In this document: positions 9,568-18,878 of the stretch, piece by piece
Position numbering within the stretch: position 1 is the stretch's first letter
Layout of the letters: each line of letters opens with the position of its first letter
DNA from: Armatimonadota bacterium
Lineage (GTDB): Bacteria; Armatimonadota; SYMT01
Assembly: GCA_041690135.1 (NCBI GenBank)
Contig: JAWLHY010000003.1
Span: 384,001-448,000 of the forward strand
Direction: 5' to 3'
DNA length: 64,000 bases
Position numbers and translations under genes: made by a program
The notes under the pieces: model-generated
The model's database searches: none
Told to the model about the DNA's origin: nothing
What the model saw: the letters and a program-made list of their open reading frames with translations, nothing else

Positions 9568-9629
9568 ATTCACAGGATGGCAGTGCGGAGTATACCTTGG
9601 GACTTTCGGTGCAGGGTCCTGCCCCATTA

Positions 9630-9780
9630 CGGAGTCCCGCCCTCGGGCGGCCCGTTCGCGACCTTGGGTCGGGAACCCGTGACCGTGTCTCGCGAACTCC
9701 CGTGTTCACCGTTGCAATGGCGATGGAGAGCGGGATCCCGTTTTCGCACTCGCAAGCTACCGTCTGAGGACGGGACTCCG
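9630..9780. repeat. REP/REPIN-like inverted doublet
   Basis: CGGAGTCCCGCCCTCGGGCGG (9630-9650) and CCGTCTGAGGACGGGACTCCG (9760-9780) are inverted copies, 18/21 identical. Confidence 0.8.
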
Positions 9781-9934
9781 CGCCCGTGCCGGACGGTGGC
9801 ACAACCGGGGGCGAGCACCTCGCTCACAGTCCGTTTCTGGACCCCCCTCGTTCTTAGGTACGAAAGAAGAGGCCCTTCACAGTAGTGCGAAAGGTCCCTC
9901 TTTATCGCTATCCGTGTCCTGATCTGCCGAAGGG

Positions 9935-12157
9935 CTACGTGTCGGCGGGAACGGCGGCCGCCGCGGCGGGGGGCACCGTTTCCTTGGGAGCGCCAGCCGG
10001 CACCGTTTCGGGGCCATCCGGCTTTTTCTCCTTCTTCTTGTCGTCGCTCTTCGGCTTGGCCGCGCCCGTGTGTACGGAGCAGCGCGCCGTGGGATGTTCG
10101 CCCAGCATGTACTCCTCGGTGGCCTGGCTCGGGCAGTTATCCGAGGCCAGATCGCCCGTTTCGGAGCAGATGGTCACCCGGATCCGGTTACGGTCGTTCT
10201 CATCCGCGCCCAGGGGCTTTTCCACCGGCTTAGGTCGCGGGCGGCGGCGGCGCTCCCGAGGCTTGGCTTCCAGCGCCTTGGCCATCGGGGTCTTCTTCTT
10301 GGCCGGGTTCAGGACGACGGCCTGCTTCATGAACTCGCGCCAGATCGGCACGCCGATGGTGGAGCCGTAAACCCGCGCCATCTTGGAGTTGTCGCGGTTG
10401 CCGGCCCATACCGCGGTGGCCAGGTCCGGCGTGTAACCCACGAACCAGGCATCGGTGTAGTCCTCGCTGGTGCCGGTCTTCCCATGGGCTTCCGGCACTT
10501 CGCGCGCCTGGGTGCCGGTCCCGCTCTCCACGACCGCCCGGGTCAGCTCGTTCATCTTCTCGACGGTGGCGGGCTTCAGACCGGTGGCCACCAGCTTCGG
10601 CCGGATGTCTTCCAGGATCTCCCCTTCAAAGCTCCGCACCTGGATGATGGAGATCGGCTCGGCGCGCTTGCCGCCGGCGGCGAAGACGCCGTAGGCGTTG
10701 GCCATTTCCAGCGGGTTGGTGTCCGACACGCCGAGAGCGAGTGAGGGGTAGGCATACATCGTGCCCTTCACGCCCAGCCGCTGCGCGACATCCTTCACCT
10801 TCTGCGGCCCCACCTTGACGGCGATGTTCACCGCCGCCCCGTTCAGGGACTTGGCAAAGGCCTGCTTATAGCTCAGCCGGCCGCGGTAACGGCCGTGGTT
10901 CTTCGGCGCGTAGATTTTGCCGTCCGGCATCCGGATCGGGTTCACGGAGGCGTTCACCGAATCATACACGTCATCGCCGGCTTCGAAGGCGGCCGTGTAG
11001 ACGAACAGCTTGAACGACGACCCGGGCTGGCGACGGGCCTGGGTGGCGCAGTTGAACTGGTATTTCTCCCAGGGCTCGTTCACACCGCCGACCATGGCCC
11101 GGATGTAGCCGGTGTGCGGATCGAGGCAGACCAGCGAGGTTTCGGTGACGCGGTGGCTCTTGCGGATCTTCGCCAGCTCCTGGCGGGCGACTTTCTCCGC
11201 GGCCTGCTGCATCTTCCAGTTCAGGCTGGTGACCACGGTGAGGCCGGTCTTGTCGATCACGTCCTGGTCGTAGTTGAACTTGCTGCGAAGCTCGTCCACC
11301 ACATGCTGGACGAAGTACTTCGCCTTGAAATAGCCGATGGCCGGCGGCCGCCGTTTGAGGACCTTGATCGGCTTCTTCTTCGCCGCATCCGCCTCGGCTT
11401 GGGTGATGAACTTGAGGTCCGCCATGCGCTGGAGGACCATATTCCGGCGGCCCTTGGTCCGGTCGTAGTCCCCGTCATCTTCCAGGGCGGCGAACGGCGA
11501 GAGGTCGCTCGGGCGCTGCGGCAGGCCCGCCAGCATCGCAGCCTCTTCCAGGGTGATCTTGTCGATCTTCTTGCCGAAGTAGATCTGGGAGGCGGCGCCC
11601 ACGCCGTAAGCGCCGGCCCCGAAGTAGACCTGGTTCAGGTACGCCTCGAGGATCTTGCTCTTCGACCAGTTCCGCTCGATCTGGACCGCAAGGAGGATCT
11701 CCTTGATCTTTCGGGAGATCTTCTTGCGGGAGCTAAGAAAGATGTTGCGCGCGAGCTGCTGCGTGATGGTGCTGCCGCCCTGCGCCAGTTCGCGGCCGCT
11801 GATGTTGGCCCACACGGCGCGCGTGAGGCCGCGGTAGTCCAGGCCGCGGTGGCTGTAGAAGCGGCTGTCCTCGATGGCGATCATCGCATCCTGCATGTGC
11901 TTCGGGATGCGGTCCAGCTTCACCGGCTCGCGATTCTCCGCGGCCAGCTTGGCGAGCACCACGCCATCGGAGGAAAGTATCTTGGTGCCCACGGGAGCCC
12001 GGTAGTGTTCCAGGGCCGCATCCGCGGGCAGCATTTTGTTCATCTGGTAGAAGGCGCCGAGGACCACCCCCATTCCTGCTCCCAGGATGAGAATAATCAG
12101 GATCTCCGTCCAGAGCAGGAACTTCTTGATCCGTCGCTTGACATTGGGGTTGATCAT
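9935..12157 (-). CDS. Class A penicillin-binding protein (PBP1A; GT51 + transpeptidase)
   Basis: EDSRFYSHRGLD, GGSTITQQLARN, RKIKE, PGSSFK (SxxK), SLN (SxN), GKTGT; N-terminal TM helix. Confidence 0.96.
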   Translation of the reverse strand: MINPNVKRRIKKFLLWTEILIILILGAGMGVVLGAFYQMNKMLPADAALEHYRAPVGTKILSSDGVVLAKLAAENREPVKLDRIPKHMQDAMIAIEDSRFYSHRGLDYRGLTRAVWANISGRELAQGGSTITQQLARNIFLSSRKKISRKIKEILLAVQIERNWSKSKILEAYLNQVYFGAGAYGVGAASQIYFGKKIDKITLEEAAMLAGLPQRPSDLSPFAALEDDGDYDRTKGRRNMVLQRMADLKFITQAEADAAKKKPIKVLKRRPPAIGYFKAKYFVQHVVDELRSKFNYDQDVIDKTGLTVVTSLNWKMQQAAEKVARQELAKIRKSHRVTETSLVCLDPHTGYIRAMVGGVNEPWEKYQFNCATQARRQPGSSFKLFVYTAAFEAGDDVYDSVNASVNPIRMPDGKIYAPKNHGRYRGRLSYKQAFAKSLNGAAVNIAVKVGPQKVKDVAQRLGVKGTMYAYPSLALGVSDTNPLEMANAYGVFAAGGKRAEPISIIQVRSFEGEILEDIRPKLVATGLKPATVEKMNELTRAVVESGTGTQAREVPEAHGKTGTSEDYTDAWFVGYTPDLATAVWAGNRDNSKMARVYGSTIGVPIWREFMKQAVVLNPAKKKTPMAKALEAKPRERRRRPRPKPVEKPLGADENDRNRIRVTICSETGDLASDNCPSQATEEYMLGEHPTARCSVHTGAAKPKSDDKKKEKKPDGPETVPAGAPKETVPPAAAAAVPADT

Positions 12158-12177
12158 CCGCAATTCTCCCGGCCGTC

Positions 12178-12206
12178 ATTATAGGTGGCGCCCATAACAC
12201 CGTCAA
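12178..12206 (-). promoter_or_regulatory. Sigma-70 promoter for the PBP1A gene
   Basis: Minus strand TTGACG-N17-TATAAT, ~20 bp upstream of ATG 12157. Confidence 0.8.
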
Positions 12207-12257
12207 ATTCAGGGGCCCGTCGCGGCTTGCCTGTCAGTCGTCCCGACAGCTTCGGCA

Positions 12258-14477
12258 ATGATTAGTAGTCTCCATCGCCGGTTTAGTTCATTTCCGCGTT
12301 CTCTGGCACGTTCCGCTTCTATTCCCGCGGGACTGCTTGCCCTCACGGGTGTCGTTTTCCTGCTGGCCCCCGCTCCCACGACCCAGGCCCAGGGTCGCGA
12401 GGGCCGGCCTATCGGTCCCGGCGTGCGCCTCATCCAATGGACGAGCCCGGCGGGCCCGCATGCGCTCCACGCCGTCGAGGTGGATACCAGCGACCGGTTC
12501 ATCCGGCTCGGTATAGCCGCGGGCCGTGCGGAGGGGCTGGGTTTGGAACCTCTTTCCCGGCAGGCGGAGCGGCTAACCCTTCCGGACCGCTACCCCATCG
12601 CGGGCGTGAACGGCGACTTCTTCTTCTACCCCGGCACGACTCAACCCGGGATTCCCACCAATGCCCTGGTCCTCGGCGGCGAGCTGATCCGCACGCCGAT
12701 GAGCCGCTCCTGCCTGGTCATCGCACCGGACGGCACCCCCTCCATCCGGATTCTGCGCGCCCGCGGGCGCGTGACGCTCCCCAGCGGCGTGGAAAGAACG
12801 TTGGATGGAGTGAACCAGCCCCGGGGGGGCAACCAGCTTGTGCTCTATACCCCCTGGTTCGGCCAGACTACACGTACCGGTAAAGACGGCACCGAAGTCT
12901 ACCTGACTCCGGAGCAGGGACAGTTCCCGCTGCGGCACGGCGCTCCTCACCGCGCCCGCGTGGAGGCGGTCCAAACGGGGCAGGGCGGCGCGCCGATCGC
13001 CGCGGGCCGGTGGGTGCTTTCCGGGTCCGGCGCGGCCGGCGCCCTGGTGCGCGCGCTGAAGCCGGGCGACACGCTGGAGCTGCGCGTCGACCTGGACCCC
13101 CAGATCGGTCCCGAGGACCAGGTGATGGGCGGCGGCCCGCGCCTGGTGCGGGACGGCAAGGTTTCCGTGGAGAGCGAGGGCGGCACCCTGGGCGACGCCT
13201 TCGCCAAGGCGCGGCACCCCCGCACCGCCATCGGGTTCAACGGGAAGAAGCTGTACCTCTTCGTGGTCGACGGCCGGCAGCCGGGCTACAGCGAGGGGAT
13301 GAGCCTCTACGAGGTGGCCGAGGCGATGGTCGCGCTGGGCTGCACCGAGGCGCTGAACATGGATGGCGGCGGCTCCAGCACGCTGTGGGTGCGCGGGTCC
13401 GTCGCGAACCGGCCGTCGGACGGGCGGGAGCGCTCCGTGGCCAACGGTCTCCTCGTCTTCAGCACCGCGCCGAAGAGCGATCCCGTGCGGCTGATTCCCA
13501 GCACCGACACCCTCTACCTGCTCGCGGGGGCCGAGGCGGAGGTGAAGGTGACCGGGGAAGACCCTTACTACAACCCTGTGGAAGTTCCGGCTAACCAGAT
13601 CCGGTGGCAGGTCGATCCCCGCTTCGGGACCGTGCAGAATGGCCGGTTCACGGCCGCGGCCAGCCTCGCGACCGAGGCGGGCCAGGAGTACCAGGCCGTG
13701 GACCTGGTGGCGGAAGCCGGCTCCCTCCGCGGCACGGTGCCCGTCCGCCTCTACCCCCAGCCGGCCCGCATCGAGATTCTGCCCGGCACGACCCGCCTGG
13801 GGACGCTGGTCCAGAAGCCGTTCCGCATCCGCGCCTACGACCGGGAAGGCCACCTGCTGACCCTCCCCGCCGGCCTCCGCTGGGAAGCCTCGCCCGAGCT
13901 CGGGACCGTGGCCGCCGACGGGACCCTGCTGACGGGCGAGACCGCGGGGCGCGGCACGGTGACGGTCACCGTCAACGGCGTGGCGGCCACCGCGCAGGTG
14001 GAAGTGGCGGCCGGGGTCGCCGCCGCCCTGGAAGACTTCGAGAACACTATGGACTGGAAGGCCCGGCTGCTACCCGCGGGAACGCAGGGGGCGGTGTTTG
14101 TGGCGCAGGGGAAGGCCCGCAGCGGCCGAAAAGCGCTGCGCCTGGACTACGACTTTTCCACGGCGACGGGCACCCGCGCGGTCTACGCCCTTGGGAGCCG
14201 GGTTCTCGGGCAGCCCCTGGCGCTGAAGCTGTGGGTCCACGGCGACGGCCAGGGCGCGTGGCTGCGAGCCCGCATCCGCGACGGAAAGCAGAACAACCAC
14301 CTGCTCGACCTGGTCCGCAAGGTGGACTGGAAGGATAGCTGGCGCGAGCTGCGGCTGCCGATTTCGGAGGACCTGCCGGGACCGATCAGCCTGGAAGCGA
14401 TCTACGTGGTGGAAACGGACCCGAACCTTAAGCCGAAAGGAACGCTGCTCTTCGACGACCTGTCGGTTGAGGAATAG
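12258..14477 (+). CDS. Secreted phosphodiester glycosidase (NAGPA/DUF2233) with Ig-like domains and a C-terminal carbohydrate-binding-like domain
   Basis: AGVNGDFF, GGGPRLV, RHPRTAIG, VVDGRQ, ALNMDGGGSS, NRPSDGRERSV; C-terminal LEDFE...ALRLDYDF...LWVHGDG; signal peptide. Confidence 0.88.
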   Translation: MISSLHRRFSSFPRSLARSASIPAGLLALTGVVFLLAPAPTTQAQGREGRPIGPGVRLIQWTSPAGPHALHAVEVDTSDRFIRLGIAAGRAEGLGLEPLSRQAERLTLPDRYPIAGVNGDFFFYPGTTQPGIPTNALVLGGELIRTPMSRSCLVIAPDGTPSIRILRARGRVTLPSGVERTLDGVNQPRGGNQLVLYTPWFGQTTRTGKDGTEVYLTPEQGQFPLRHGAPHRARVEAVQTGQGGAPIAAGRWVLSGSGAAGALVRALKPGDTLELRVDLDPQIGPEDQVMGGGPRLVRDGKVSVESEGGTLGDAFAKARHPRTAIGFNGKKLYLFVVDGRQPGYSEGMSLYEVAEAMVALGCTEALNMDGGGSSTLWVRGSVANRPSDGRERSVANGLLVFSTAPKSDPVRLIPSTDTLYLLAGAEAEVKVTGEDPYYNPVEVPANQIRWQVDPRFGTVQNGRFTAAASLATEAGQEYQAVDLVAEAGSLRGTVPVRLYPQPARIEILPGTTRLGTLVQKPFRIRAYDREGHLLTLPAGLRWEASPELGTVAADGTLLTGETAGRGTVTVTVNGVAATAQVEVAAGVAAALEDFENTMDWKARLLPAGTQGAVFVAQGKARSGRKALRLDYDFSTATGTRAVYALGSRVLGQPLALKLWVHGDGQGAWLRARIRDGKQNNHLLDLVRKVDWKDSWRELRLPISEDLPGPISLEAIYVVETDPNLKPKGTLLFDDLSVEE

Positions 14478-14485
14478 GAGGACCC

Positions 14486-15775
14486 ATGTCGAACCCCAAC
14501 GCGGCCGTGTTGGAACAGGTGTTGTCGTACCGCACCGCCGAGGAGATGGAGGTCAGCCTGGAGGAGGAGCAGGAAGCCTCCACCCGGTTCGCCAACAACG
14601 CCATCACCCAGAACGTCGCCAAGCGGGACGTGAAGGTGACGGTGAAGGCGGTCTACGGTCAGCGCGTCGGGCGGGCCTCCGTGACGGAGCTAAGCGAGAC
14701 GGCTCTGCGGGCGTGCGTGGCGAGGGCGGAGGCAATCGCGCGCGCCACGGAGCCGGACCCCGAATACCTCCCGCTGCCCGGTCCGCAAGAGTACCCGGAG
14801 ATCTCCAGCCATGACGAGCGCGTAGCGGCGGCCACGCCGGACGAGCGAGCAATCACCATCCGCGAGGCGATCGCGGCGGCGGAAGGGGCGGGGCTGCAGG
14901 CGGCCGGGAGCTTTGCAACCAACGCCTACCGCATGGTACTGGCCAACTCCTCCGGCCTCTACCACGAGCAGCAGCTCACCGATGCCCAGTTCGTGATGAC
15001 CGCCATGGCGGACGACAGCTCCGGCTGGGCGCGGACCTCCGGCTACCGCTGGGACCAGCTCGACCCGCAGACCGCAGCCCGTTCCGCCGTGGAGAAGGCC
15101 CTGGCCGCCCGTGACCCGCGCGACGTGGAGCCGGGCGCCTACACGGTGATCCTAGAGCCCGCGGCCGTCGCGGACTTCTTCGGGTTCCTCGGCTACACGA
15201 TGGACGCCAAAGCCGCCGACGAGGGCCGCAGCGCCTTCACCGGCAAGGAAGGTCGGCGGATCGGCCGGGAAACGGTCACCCTCTCCACCCAGCCGATCCA
15301 TCCGGAAGTCCCCACCCTCCGCACCGCCGACGACGGCCTACCGCGCCCGGCGACCACCTGGATCGAAAACGGGGTGCTGAATACCCTCTCTTACAGCCGC
15401 TTCTGGGCGCAGAAGACCGGCAAGCCGTTTACCGGCCGTCCCTCCAACCTGGTGATGGCCGGAGGAGAGGCCTCTCTGGAGGACCTCATCGCCGGCGTGG
15501 AGCGGGGCCTGCTGGTCACCCGTTTCTGGTACATCCGCTTCGTCGACCCGATGAAGCTGTTGCTGACTGGCATGACCCGCGACGGCCTCTACTGGATCGA
15601 GGATGGGCAGGTGCGGCACGGCTTGCGGAATGTCCGCTTCAACGAGAGCCCCCTCCGCTGCCTGGAGCGGATCGAAGCCCTGGGCCACCCCGCCCGCGCC
15701 GGCCGTTATGGCGGCGCCTACGTGCCCCCACTCCGCATCGAAGGCTTTCAGTTCTCCAGCGGCACCAGCTTTTAG
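14486..15775 (+). CDS. TldD/PmbA family protein (TldE/PmbA-like, lacking HExxxH)
   Basis: TRFANNAITQN, EPGAYTVILEPAAV, GLLVTRFWYIR, LTGMTRDG, RFNES. Confidence 0.9.
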   Translation: MSNPNAAVLEQVLSYRTAEEMEVSLEEEQEASTRFANNAITQNVAKRDVKVTVKAVYGQRVGRASVTELSETALRACVARAEAIARATEPDPEYLPLPGPQEYPEISSHDERVAAATPDERAITIREAIAAAEGAGLQAAGSFATNAYRMVLANSSGLYHEQQLTDAQFVMTAMADDSSGWARTSGYRWDQLDPQTAARSAVEKALAARDPRDVEPGAYTVILEPAAVADFFGFLGYTMDAKAADEGRSAFTGKEGRRIGRETVTLSTQPIHPEVPTLRTADDGLPRPATTWIENGVLNTLSYSRFWAQKTGKPFTGRPSNLVMAGGEASLEDLIAGVERGLLVTRFWYIRFVDPMKLLLTGMTRDGLYWIEDGQVRHGLRNVRFNESPLRCLERIEALGHPARAGRYGGAYVPPLRIEGFQFSSGTSF

Positions 15776-16037
15776 CGCGAAGGGGGCTTTTGGCCCGCGG
15801 AACACGCTGAATTACGCGGAAAAGGGAATGCGTTCGGAAGGTAGCACAGCCGGGGTGCCCTTTGGGCCATGGGCGTCGGTTACGGTGCAAGCCTGTCAGG
15901 TACCGCTCGATCTGGTGATCACGGCCAGCCCGTTATGGGGACGGCCATCTCCCCTGTGGATGTAACCGCCCTCTGGTGGCCCACGAGGTATGCACGAGCC
16001 GCCATCCGATGGGCTTCGGCTGTCTCCGTAGACGTGG

Positions 16038-16437
16038 CAATGGCACGGCATCCCGCCGCGTCCCGTGTCCGCGACCCGCCAGGCGATGGGCCCTCGATGA
16101 CGCCGGCAATGTAACAATGGCGCGTCACCCCGTCGCGTCCCGTTTACGCGACCCGCCAGGCGATGGGCGGCGTGGATGCCGAAGGAGAGACGTTCGCACC
16201 TTTGCAAGCGCGTAATCGCAGCGAGAAGCACGAGCCGTTACAAGCCGCCCTGGTAACCGCCTGCCCTCCCCCGGAGGGTAAACCTACGAATGAGTCACCC
16301 AAGGGGCTCTCGGGTGTTGCTGGTCTGGACTGGAAATCCGCAACTGCGCTGCTATGCTGCAGGCGAACTCGTCGCTGCTCACCTGGTTAGCAAAACCGGG
16401 TCGAGATGGCGTTGACGGGCTTCCATCACCCGGCGGG
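16038..16437. repeat. Nested REP-like composite element, copy 1 (with a ~78-bp tandem duplication)
   Basis: CCGCCAGGCGATGGG at ~16076 and 16153, inverted CCATCACCCGGCGG at 16423. Inner 67-bp block 16243-16309 is 62/67 identical to 20600-20666. Confidence 0.8.
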
Positions 16438-16491
16438 CCAGGTCAAGCAGTAGAGTTCATATATCCGTCGGAGCGGGCCACCGGACCGGGG

Positions 16492-17346
16492 TCAGGCTCT
16501 CTCAATGACCCGGTCGTAAGTCCCCCGCCAGGAACGCAGGATCAGGCGAGATGCCCCCTCGGACCCATCGGATGCCCACCAGTTCTCAGGTGGGTCCTGA
16601 CCGGCCGGCAGATTCCCGCCGCCTGCCGGTTGGTCGTCACGATAGAGGATGGTTACCAGGAGCCGCTCGGAAACCAGGTCGTCTACCATCCGGAAGGCGC
16701 GCTCCAGGTGCTCCGGATCGCCGGGAGCGACGTCCTCCAGGCGATGGAAGTGGTAGTGCCAGCCGTCGAACCAGCTCGGCCGTACCTCTGCGCCGAGGAC
16801 GCGGATGTCCAGCGGCATATCCACCGCCGGGTTCTCCGGAGGGATAGTCGCCACCAGGGCACAGTCCCACTCCAGCCCCTCCGGCCCCTCGTGGATGGCG
16901 GGATCCCCCGCCGGAACCAGACGTACGTGGGGCTCCCACTCGGGGAAGCGGTCCAGCAGCAGCTTCCGGAAGAGCTCCGCATCGCGCTCCGCCCGGCGCC
17001 GGACCTCCTGCTCCCATCCCGCGGCCAGGGCCAGGGCTTCCGGTGTCTCCGCGGCGCGGTTCTGCGCGTCCGAGACTTGCTCCGCCTCCGCCAATGAGTA
17101 CTCCCGGCGGAGGGTCCCGCCGTGCATCCCGCATCCGGGACAGGAAAAGGCGATGCCCCAGGTCTCCCGGAATCCATAGGCGGCGATCCGCTCCCGGATG
17201 CGCTCCCACCGATCCGGGCCATGTTCCTCTTCCTGGATTGCCCGCTGCTGAGTCGGAGTAGCAAGGCTCTCTTTAAAGAGGCTGGGGCGGTATTGCAGGA
17301 CACAGCCACAGTAGCTGCATCGTTCCGGATCGTGAAGTTCAGTCAT
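16492..17346 (-). CDS. Hypothetical protein with N-terminal CxxC...CxxC (possible Zn ribbon)
   Basis: CSYCGC and CPGCG in the first 75 aa; acidic C-terminal domain; codon bias of a real gene. Confidence 0.65.
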   Translation of the reverse strand: MTELHDPERCSYCGCVLQYRPSLFKESLATPTQQRAIQEEEHGPDRWERIRERIAAYGFRETWGIAFSCPGCGMHGGTLRREYSLAEAEQVSDAQNRAAETPEALALAAGWEQEVRRRAERDAELFRKLLLDRFPEWEPHVRLVPAGDPAIHEGPEGLEWDCALVATIPPENPAVDMPLDIRVLGAEVRPSWFDGWHYHFHRLEDVAPGDPEHLERAFRMVDDLVSERLLVTILYRDDQPAGGGNLPAGQDPPENWWASDGSEGASRLILRSWRGTYDRVIERA

Positions 17347-17571
17347 CGGATCACCCGCTCGCTGAGTGTGCTGGTGAGCCACAGATTACGCAGATTGGGA
17401 TCGATTGTCCACTCGAATCCGATGGACTCTTGCCGATCGGCCAGGCTAGTGGAGCCCACGGTCGGAGAAGCCAGGTGCTGATAACGGTGGTGTGGCAGGT
17501 GACACTTGTCCGCACCCCGAACGAATGGGTGTGTGCGGTCCTGTTACTTCGACCGGATACGGAGGTTCACG

Positions 17572-18705
17572 GTGCGCAAGGCCCCCCTCTTTGCAATGGG
17601 ATGCTGTCTTTTACTGCTGGTGGCGCCACTGGCAGGCTCCACGGTGAGGGTCCAGGCCGCTGCGCCAACGGGACCGGAGCGCACGCCGGCGCCCGAAACC
17701 GGAATCCCGCAGAGCCACTGGTGCTACGACGTCATCACGCAGGTGGCGCAGAAAGGCATTCCCACGGGCTATCCGCCCAGCACGTTTTTTGGCAAGCACG
17801 TTCGAACTCGGGGAGAGTTCACTCGAGCCACGTGGAACGCGCTCCTCAACATACATGAGTCGGGGGAATTCGGTCTCAATGCTAGTGCCATTCTGGCCCG
17901 CGAGATCCTCAACAAACTGGTGGCGGAATTCGAACCGGAATTGATCCAACTGGTGACCGAAAAGCGATTGAAGGCCCAGTTAACCGCTATCGACGCACTC
18001 TGTCGCGACCCGAAGCCTCGCGGAGTCTCCAGTCCGCGGCCGTACAAAGCGGCCCCTTGGGGAGGCTGGCTCGAGGACCCGGAAACCCGTGCGGCAGCCC
18101 AGAAGGAAGGCGCTCGCCAGGCGGCGGAGGCATGGGCACGAGGCGAGATCACCCTGCTGACTCCCGACCGCCTGCCGGAGCGATTCCCCCAGCTTTCCGC
18201 CACGCTGCCGGTGCGGTACGTGCCGGACGCCACCGGGAACCCTCGGAAACTGCACTCCATTGCCGGGCACAACCGGGAGATCTGGCGGCGACTGCGGGAA
18301 GAACCGCATCCGTCGGGATCTAGCCTGGGCTGGGTGCGGGAGGTGTTCGACTTGAAGCAGGCCTGGCGCCAACGCCGGAATACGCTGCGGTTGAAGCGGC
18401 TGCCCGACACACTGGTTTCCTGCGACGGTCAGTTTACGTTCACCTTTCCCCCGGTGCACGGGCTTCCATACTTTTGCGTTCCCGTTGTGCGGATGGAGCT
18501 TTCGGGAAGCAAACCGCGGAAGGACGCCTTCCCGTGCCCTATTCCCATTGACTGGGAGCGCAACATCCGCCTGGCGGAGGGGCCCGCCGGATCGGGAGTG
18601 GTGCTCATCCGCTCCGAGCACCCAATCGGCGGAAAGCGGTGGCAAACGCGCATCCGCGCCGTGGACCTGCGGACCGGATGGGTGCTCAATGCAGTGGCGG
18701 ATTGA
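17572..18705 (+). CDS. Secreted protein with one S-layer homology (SLH) domain
   Basis: Signal peptide, then IPQSHWCYDVI..V.QKGIPTGYPPSTFFG...TRGEF...LNKLVAEFEPEL; GTG 17572 after GGAGG. Confidence 0.8.
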   Translation: MRKAPLFAMGCCLLLLVAPLAGSTVRVQAAAPTGPERTPAPETGIPQSHWCYDVITQVAQKGIPTGYPPSTFFGKHVRTRGEFTRATWNALLNIHESGEFGLNASAILAREILNKLVAEFEPELIQLVTEKRLKAQLTAIDALCRDPKPRGVSSPRPYKAAPWGGWLEDPETRAAAQKEGARQAAEAWARGEITLLTPDRLPERFPQLSATLPVRYVPDATGNPRKLHSIAGHNREIWRRLREEPHPSGSSLGWVREVFDLKQAWRQRRNTLRLKRLPDTLVSCDGQFTFTFPPVHGLPYFCVPVVRMELSGSKPRKDAFPCPIPIDWERNIRLAEGPAGSGVVLIRSEHPIGGKRWQTRIRAVDLRTGWVLNAVAD

Positions 18706-18878
18706 GGCCACAGATATCGGTCGCTGGCGGACGCCACGGACGGGCCGAACCGGCGGTGTCCACAGATGGAAAAGATGGGAAAGATGAGGGGGAAGCCGGT
18801 CTCACGCCATTCGGCCACCTCATCTTCTCTTCCGCTCTTCTCCGCATAGTCTCAGCGTCCTCTGTGCCTCTGCGGTTA
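18706..18878. repeat. Periodic CACAGAT / AAAGATG / CTCTGCG-type intergenic repeats
   Basis: ccacagatggaaaagatgggaaagatg and ctcagcgtcctctgtgcctctgcggttaa between convergent genes. Confidence 0.6.

Noticed and set aside
16038-16171. CRISPR array (also considered for 41193-41253 and 50773-50920)
   Set aside because: Only two degenerate units, or contiguous short tandem units without unique spacers; no cas genes.
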